From the human T2T-CHM13v2.0 reference genome, Homo sapiens: DNA of 64,000 nt. Both the position numbers and the translations under genes were made by a program. The notes under the pieces were generated by a model. It saw only the letters and a list, made by a program, of their open reading frames with translations. It had not been told where the DNA came from and made no database searches. The stretch lies in assembly GCF_009914755.1 (NCBI RefSeq), contig NC_060939.1, one strand, 5' to 3'. Each line of letters begins with the position of its first letter. Position 1 is the first letter of the stretch. Shown here one piece after another: positions 57,130 to 64,000 of the stretch.

Positions 57130-57900
57130 ATCAGACGCCGGGCCGCACAGAAGTAATTAAACCAATCCCTCTGGCGGTGGGGCCCAGGCGTCGGTACTTT
57201 TTTTAATTTCCCACTTGAATCCAATGGGAATCCAAGTTTAAGGGCTAGAAGACCAGAGAGCGACAGACAGGGAGGAGGCGCGCCAGCCAGGGGCCGAGGC
57301 ACATGCGGGCCGGCAACAGCGAAGGCTCCGCCTCTTCCTGTGGCTCGGAGGAGCCGCGGAACCCCCAACGCGCGACTCAGACGGAGACACCCACTCTTTC
57401 GGCGCTAGCGGCGGCTGGAAGGGACGAGAGCCTGGCCTAGGAGGAAGGAGGCGGCTCCAGGACCGCATTACCTGATCAGAGCCGCGACCCTCATGCTGGG
57501 CGCAGTGCGCGTGCGTGCGGCGAGCGCGGGCGGGAGCCAGGAGGTCGCGCCGCAGCTCGCGTGACGCACCGCGGGGCCTCGCCCGGGTGTTCGCTCCGCC
57601 GCCTGTCCGCGGATCGGCGCTGCGAGCCCCGCGGCTGCCTGCGGGACACCTGAGCGCGGAGGGTGCGGCACCTTGGCACCTTGACCCTGTGGCAGGGACA
57701 TCTCGGCCCAGGAAAGAATGAGGTTTAGGCACGGCCTAACCACCTAAGTGAGGGCACTGAAGCTGCCGGGGGAAGGGCAAGGTCCGCGTTGCAGAGCCCA
57801 AGCCCAGTGGCGCAGGATTTGTTTTGGTAAGAGGGGATTTAGCGTCCCAATTGCTGCAAATTGACACAGTTGCGGACGTGCAAGCGCAGAAGAAATTTGT
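57130..57900. promoter_or_regulatory. CpG island / bidirectional promoter of DPH6 and its divergent transcript
   Basis: Abrupt GC- and CpG-rich block in an otherwise AT-rich window, enclosing exon 1. NRF1-like GCGCAGTGCGCGTGCG at about 57500-57515, CRE half-site TGACGCA at about 57562, GC boxes, no TATA. Confidence 0.9.
57472..57494 (-). CDS. DPH6: DPH6 coding exon 1 (MRVAALIS, first 23 nt of CDS)
   Basis: Minus strand reads cccagcATG AGG GTC GCG GCT CTG ATC AG|gtaatg. It lies in a CpG island and splices in frame to exon 2 to form SGGKDS. Confidence 0.97.
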
Positions 57901-58164
57901 CCTTCCTCACCCCACAGAACAGAAACAACTGTACACTTCTGCTTTTTAACTTACATCTCCTCTGTCCTCCAAACCTGTGTGTCCAGATGTGAAACTCAGA
58001 TCCCCAGGGGCTGTGGTAATTTTTAAATCTGGGGCTAGCCCCCCCCACCTCTAGGCCCTCTGTGGCTTTGGCTCTTGGTCAAGCTTGTGTATTTGACAAG
58101 GCCAGGCCAGGCTCTTCACCAAAGAGCAATGGCCTTGCAGAAAGAAAATCTAGCTTCTAAGTTT

Positions 58165-58900
58165 ATTTGCCAAGTATGTATTGAGTGCCTTTCGTGTACC
58201 AGGCACTGTTTTAGACTCTGTGGATACAACCGTAAATAAAACAAAAACCCGGCATTCCGGGCATAGAGCTTAAATGGGGATGGAGAGAACAGACAATACA
58301 TATCTTAAAGGTAAATAGTCTGTTGAAGAGTGAAAAGTGCTATTGGAAAGGGGCGGGGTGCGGTGGGGGAGAGTCAGGAGAGAGGTGGAGAGGCAAATTG
58401 CAGAATTAAATCGTGTCTATGTAGGCCTTATTGGTAAGATGAGAGTTGAGCCAATTTAAATAAGGAGAGTTCGCTATGTGTATGATTGGGGTGTGCTCCA
58501 GACAAGAAAAAAAAATCGAAGGCTCTAGGTGCGTTGTGTGTTTGTGGAAGATTAAGGCAGATCCGTGTTGCTGGAGCAGATTGAGCAAAGCAGAGAGTAG
58601 TGGAGAGCAGGTTAAGGTGATGGAGGGGAAGGATTATATAGGGTCTTGTAGGTAATTGCAGACTTTTGAAGGGTGTGACTTAAAATTTTAAAAGGATTGC
58701 AGTGTTGAGAATCCACCTATTAGGAAGCTGTTACAGTGTTCCAGTAGAGAGATGGCGGAGCCTAGAATCAACATGGTGAATTTGGTGAGAAGTAAGAGGA
58801 TTCCAGCTCTATTTTGAAGATAGAGCCAATAGAATCAAATTCGATATGGGATACAAGAGAAAGAAAGTCATGAGGGATGATGCCAAAGGCATGAATTAAG
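58165..58900 (-). mobile_element. L2 fragment
   Basis: gtattgagtgcctttcgtgtaccaggcactgtttt is the reverse of the L2 3' end. Confidence 0.75.
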
Positions 58901-59144
58901 TAAGTTAATATATGTAGGGAACTTAAAATTATGCCAGGTACATAGTAAGCATTCAATTTTATTTTGACATTCTCAACTCTAATAGTAGGGGTGACTAGAG
59001 CAGTGACAGTCTACATATCAGTTTTAGCGTCTAGAATCATACAGCTTTAAGATTTTGCAGTTATGAATATTTACCAAATGAGTCAAGTATTTAAGAAGTT
59101 TGCAGTCTAATTGGAGGAGATAAATACGTGAAACACACTTAAAA

Positions 59145-59772
59145 TGATACAGCTCCAATGAGTGGAAGAAGCACCAGGGCTCTCGTCTCATGCCGAATTG
59201 GGTAAAATGACACAGACACACATGGAGTGGTTTTAAGGGGTGGAGAATTTAATAGGCAAGAAAGAAGGGTGAAGAAAGGAAGAAGCTCCCCTGTAGAGAC
59301 ACATGGAAGTGGGCTCCAAAGCCTAGAGAGGAAACCCCCAGTGCTGGGGTTAACAGGCAGTTATATGAGGAGACTGGAAGAGGCGGTGTCAGATTTGCAT
59401 AGGGCTCAGGGGATTGGTTTGACCAGGCATGTCATTCACATAGCCCACGAAAAACCTGGCTCTCCCACCCTAGCCTTTTAATATGCAAATGCAGGTCGCC
59501 TTGATGTTCTACACGTGTGGCGATATGTGGGGATGGCCAGACACATACAGGGGCAAGGGCAAGAGGACAGCGGTGGCTATCGCCATGTTTGTGTGGACCC
59601 AGTTTCTAATGGCCTGCATTTGCATATCAAAGGTCGCCAGCCGGGCTCTAAGAGCAGGGGCTTTCCTGCTAGACAAGAAACATTTCTGGAGCTGCTTTAA
59701 AAGAGACAAAAACTTTCCAAGGACCCCTTTTCCTATCTGCCTAAAATTATTTTTTTAATAAATCCTATAACA
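59145..59772 (-). mobile_element. ERV1 solo LTR, LTR9-like
   Basis: TG...CA termini. Minus strand carries CCAAT (59417-59413), CATATAA (about 59361-59367) and ATTAAA (59253-59248). The block gatttgcatagggctcaggggattggtttgaccaggcatgtcattcac is recognised as LTR9-like. Confidence 0.75.
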
Positions 59773-61024
59773 GTAATCCAAGATAACACATTTTGAAAGT
59801 AACAAGTTATGTAATGTGTATGGCAAGAGTCCCATGAGTCAAACTCACAGGGTAATGGCTGGAATGAGGATGGGACTTGAAAGATGAGTAGAATTGAACA
59901 GGAATGGGCGGAACTTCCAAACAAAGCAAGGCAAGAATGAGCGTGGTGTGTTGAACAACAGGGGGTAGACTAGCTTGACTAATTTGGAAGGTATATGGGA
60001 AAGAAGAAAAAATAAGTTGAATAAATAGGATGAGGCCAGTTTATCCAGGGTCATGGAAAACCAAAATGAGGAATTTCAAAATAAGGCAGGTTACTGTGGC
60101 TACTTGACATCATTTTTCAGGAGATTGTGTGAAATAGCAGTAATGAACATGATGAATGATTTTGATAAAATAGGCACTCCCAAAGATGCCAATGGATTAT
60201 CTTTTCCACCAAGGGATATCTTTTCCTTGCCACTTCCCAGGAGGGATAAAGAGAGAAGATTCTAAGGCTACCTTCCTAAAACTACATCTTTAGGATTATT
60301 TTTTTGTTTCTCTTTGCGCTCTGTAGGCTTCATTTTAAGACATCCTCAACAAACAGGTTTATTACAGTGTGTATATCCTGGCATTAAACTGTATGTTAGG
60401 AAATATGTTGAGGCCGTTCTCCAAGGTCACCCAGTTTTTAGCTTGATGGTGTTGCTTTCCCCACTCGATTCTTTCTAGCACCTGTGGTATCTCTCCTCCA
60501 GGTCCTTTTGACCCCTTGAACAAAATTTCTCTCAGCACCTATTCCCTCCTTTTAACACTTTCTACCAGAATTATTTAAATTAATGAATGTTTCTGGTTGC
60601 CTAATGTAACACTGCAACGTGTATTTTCTTAAAAATTTTTATATTTCCTCACATTAGTGCCTTTCTCTCAGCATTACCACACAAGGCTCTGTGCTTGAAT
60701 GTCCTATCAAGGCCACCATAAAAATGGTAGGTTCAATTCATTTTGGTTCAATAGACATATTGGTATTTCCGAAATTAATATATGTCAGATTGGTCTTGAC
60801 CCAGCCATCAAAGTTATTCTTAGAGTCATACATATTTTTGAAGTTCTTTTTTTTTATAGCTAACTGAACAAAACCAGATTAATTATTGACCCCTGAAAAA
60901 CTTGTTAAAAACTAGAGATTAGGCCATGCTCTAACTTTTCCCATTGAGAATCTTTCTTAATTCATTGTAGTCACCTTTGTGGGTGTCATTTTCTTTTGCC
61001 GAAATTTAAAAACAACACCCAGTT

Positions 61025-62540
61025 TGTCAATTACAGGTTTCTGAGAAGCAGATGCCAAGACGGGATTACATGTGCAGGAGATAAGAGAAAATGCCTGTGA
61101 AGGACAAAGGGAGACCAGCAAGAGAAGGCAGGGAGACTCCGATTGGAATGCAGGGGAGTCGAAATCTGAAAAAGCAGAATGGGAAGGAAGAATAGGTTGA
61201 AAGAACCTGTTTGTAATGTCATTCTGAGAGACTCAGCCAGGTCAATGGGGAGTCCTAAGCCAAAGTTGTTCATTAGAGGAATTCCAAATTGGTCAGGATC
61301 TGCTGTGCTCAGTAACTGTCTGAGAGCAGTGCAGGAAAAACTTAGTCCGGTGCAAACTCAGTGGTGAATCCAAAAGTGCAGTAGGCGGAGACTGTAAATC
61401 AATTCATAATAACATTCATGGTGTCGCTTCATGATTTCTGTAAACCTCTCTAAAAACTTAGGAAAGGGAAGTTAATAGGACAAACTATCATCACAGGTGG
61501 TCTGGGACCACACTAGTACTTACCCTGTCCTACACTATCCACTCTATATTCCCATCACTCTCAGCTCTCACTTCAGCAGATCTTGTTGACTTACTTGGTG
61601 GCATGACCTAAACATTCACTCCTAAGTGGTCTTGGGCTTTTGTCATCATACTCTTCTCAGTCCGTGACTGCAGTTTGTGTCCATTCACAGTTAGAACTAG
61701 GTAAGGGCATACCAAGAGGCACCCAAGTGGATCATCTGAGTTTCACATGTGTATTTCTCCCTGTCCCCAAGGTGTAAAGGTGGCCCCACCTCCTCATACT
61801 AATCAATTATCCTTGCTTGCTGGCCCCTGGCTGCAAAGAGCCAAAAGTGTCGTGCTATACATAGCTTATAGTTCAATGGATTCCCGCTCTACCCCTTTGC
61901 AAGAGAGAAAACCTGTAATTCTACTCAACCCAGAGTTGGGGAAAGTGAAGCACAGAGTTCTCCAGTGGGTTATTAGGAGTGATTTTAAATAAAGCCATTT
62001 GTGATTTCACCTTTTGGTTCCTAGATCCATGTATTTGCCGTACTAGAGACACAGTGCCATGTAGAAATCTCTGATTAGTGCCTATACTAAATACTGAGAG
62101 ATGTCATGCCATCCTTGCAGATTATTGTCTCTGAGCTGCTGATTTCGCTGTGACTTAAGTAGGCTTTTCCAGTACTCTATGAGGCCAACTTCACCTAAAT
62201 AGTGCAGTATATGATAAAACAATTAGACCTCATGGACATGGCCTATTCCTGTACCTCCTTTTCTATAAAGTAAGTTTTCTTGTGGATGCTCTGCTAGGTG
62301 GGATTCTGTGACTAGAGAGGCATTCTGCTAGTGGTGCCAGCTAAATCTTTGCAGACAGGAAAGGCCAGGTTCTAGTACCTGCTCAATCAAAGCCTGGAAG
62401 CAGCCAGGGGAAGCGTGGCTTATCACGAACTCCACAGTGGATCCAAAGGTGTGGCAGCTGAAGGCTGTCAGTCAGCTGCGCTCTCCACAGCAGGTGCTTT
62501 TGAGGAGAGATCTGAGTGGAACACTTGTAAGGCTGCCAGA
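61025..62540 (-). mobile_element. ERVL remnant (LTR16-like LTR pieces plus internal fragment)
   Basis: gagaagcagatgccaagacgggatt...gtgcagg and two similar cagtgg(tga)atccaaa(a/g)gtg segments at about 61360 and 62436. Confidence 0.6.
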
Positions 62541-63489
62541 GCAAGACAGTGACTCTCACAAAATCATATGAGGAGCGGGAACATTTGCAGCGCCCTGCTG
62601 GAGTAAGAAATGTAGAATAAAGAGTTATTCAAACTTAGAATAGTACTTGAAGGAGAACCTACCTAAATTTGTGAAAGTCTAAATTATAAACAATACTGTT
62701 TTTAAGGAAATGCCTTAATTTACTTCCAAACAAATATTCTAATCTTGAGCATACTAACATACTGATATTGAATCCTGGCTAAGGGTTTTACTATAAGTTA
62801 ATAGAGGAAACATTTTTAACTAGTAGTATTTATTTGCCTACATGTAATTTGCTCAAATTTTAAGGACAGTTCATTTACCAAGACCCCTACATTCATAATT
62901 TTCCACATGGATAGTGTAAAGGCAACTTCAGCCCAGTAAATGTCAATAAATTAAAAGACTTTTTTCTTTTGATTAGTGCAGTCTAAAGTAATTCTTTTTG
63001 CAATATATTAAAATGACTTGCTCAAGATTCACTTTTCAAAGGCATTGTGAGCTTACTTCCTACAGTCTGAGACTGTTACATATGAGTAACTGTGGATTAG
63101 CTTGTAGGGCCAGCAAAATAGGTGAACAGAAAATCAGCCTCAAAAAACCTCCATCCTTTGCCAATTTACTTAAGGAAAACTCTCCATAGCCAAACACTGT
63201 TGCTGGTAATAAAAGCTGCAAGCTGTCACTGAATTCTGCTTTCTTGGCAGCACATCTCGATATACTGATTGATAAAGACTCAGATAATCAAATCAAGAAT
63301 GCTACAGGTGGTTACTCCTCAGAAACCTTGAAAGGATTTAAATTCATTCTGCTTAAAGTCATGCCATACAGGAAGCCATCAGAAGTTGCCTGGTAAGGAT
63401 TTAAGAAAAAAGGAATTAAGTGGTTATTTGGGTCATAAATTTTAGGGCATCAGGTTATGAGTATCTGATGTATTTATATTAATAATTAC

Positions 63490-63680
63490 AGCTTACCATG
63501 GGCCAGTCACTCTTTTAAATGCCACAGCAAATTTATGAAGTAGGATATATTATTATCCTCATTTGCACATGAGGAAACTGTGCACAAAGACGTTAAATGG
63601 ACTGCCAAAAATCCTAAAGCTAGTAAGTGCCAGTACCAGTATTCAAACCTAGGCAGTCTAGCTCTTAACCGCTATACTAT
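63490..63680 (-). mobile_element. MIR SINE
   Basis: ttattatcctcatttgcacatgaggaaactgtgcacaaag...attcaaacctaggcagtct. Confidence 0.8.
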
Positions 63681-64000
63681 ATCTTCCATTGAAATGGACA
63701 GCTGGTTATTTTGACTAAATATCCTAAGATATGTTTGGAAGGGAATTACCATCACTGACCTCTTAAATCTCCTTTTTCTGTACTTCCAAGCTGATCAACT
63801 CTTTTTTTGTGAAAGACTCAAATTGTTGTGTTGTATTACATGAATCGATATATGGGATAATTGCTAAACATTATAGACCTGAGAGTCATTCTATCTCTTT
63901 TAGAAATCTTTTTCTTTATTCCATAATGGATAATGACAAATTCAAAAGCTTTAGGAAGTAGGCAGATAACATAAGTGAGGGAGATGGCTTGGTATAAGAC

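Larger units (their letters stand above)
57580..64000 (+). ncRNA. DPH6-DT: DPH6 divergent lncRNA, 5' end; exon boundaries not determinable (candidate first donor TAA|gtgagg at 57748)
   Basis: Recalled head-to-head lncRNA at this locus. The sequence itself shows only the shared CpG island and a plausible plus-strand donor. Confidence 0.5.

Noticed and set aside
56818-57732. Long overlapping ORFs (179, 164, 92 aa) around exon 1
   Set aside because: Expected from stop-codon scarcity in a CpG island. They show no recognisable domain, and several begin at non-ATG codons.
59227-59758. Cluster of short ORFs
   Set aside because: All lie inside the solo LTR, with no gag, pol or env similarity.

Overview
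Primate, most likely human, AT-rich genomic DNA, identified by Alu J/S/Y, L1PA, MaLR and ERV1 repeats. It contains the 5' part of DPH6 (diphthine--ammonia ligase, formerly ATPBD4; human 15q14) on the minus strand. Coding exons 1-3 (57494-57472, 53860-53766, 49820-49627) have canonical GT-AG junctions and splice into 104 codons beginning MRVAALISGGKDS, the PP-loop motif. An alternative terminal exon (CDS 33636-33451) gives a 165-aa short isoform. The long isoform's later exons lie beyond the left edge, so 1-49626 is its intron 3. A CpG island at about 57130-57900 is the promoter, which I recall is shared with the divergent lncRNA DPH6-DT on the plus strand. Almost all ORFs in the supplied track are chance or repeat-derived. 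I see no evidence of a wholly new gene system. The best leads are: (i) an LTR9-like solo LTR with three perfect octamer sites, pointing into DPH6 about 1.7 kb upstream of the ATG; (ii) a 69-codon open in-frame extension upstream of the DPH6 ATG; (iii) several strong-splice-site cassette/poison-exon candidates and a 15-nt in-frame microexon candidate in intron 3; (iv) repeat-poor segments rich in TALE/homeodomain motifs that look like enhancers. Repeat subfamily calls are from recognition, not from a database search, and their boundaries are approximate.
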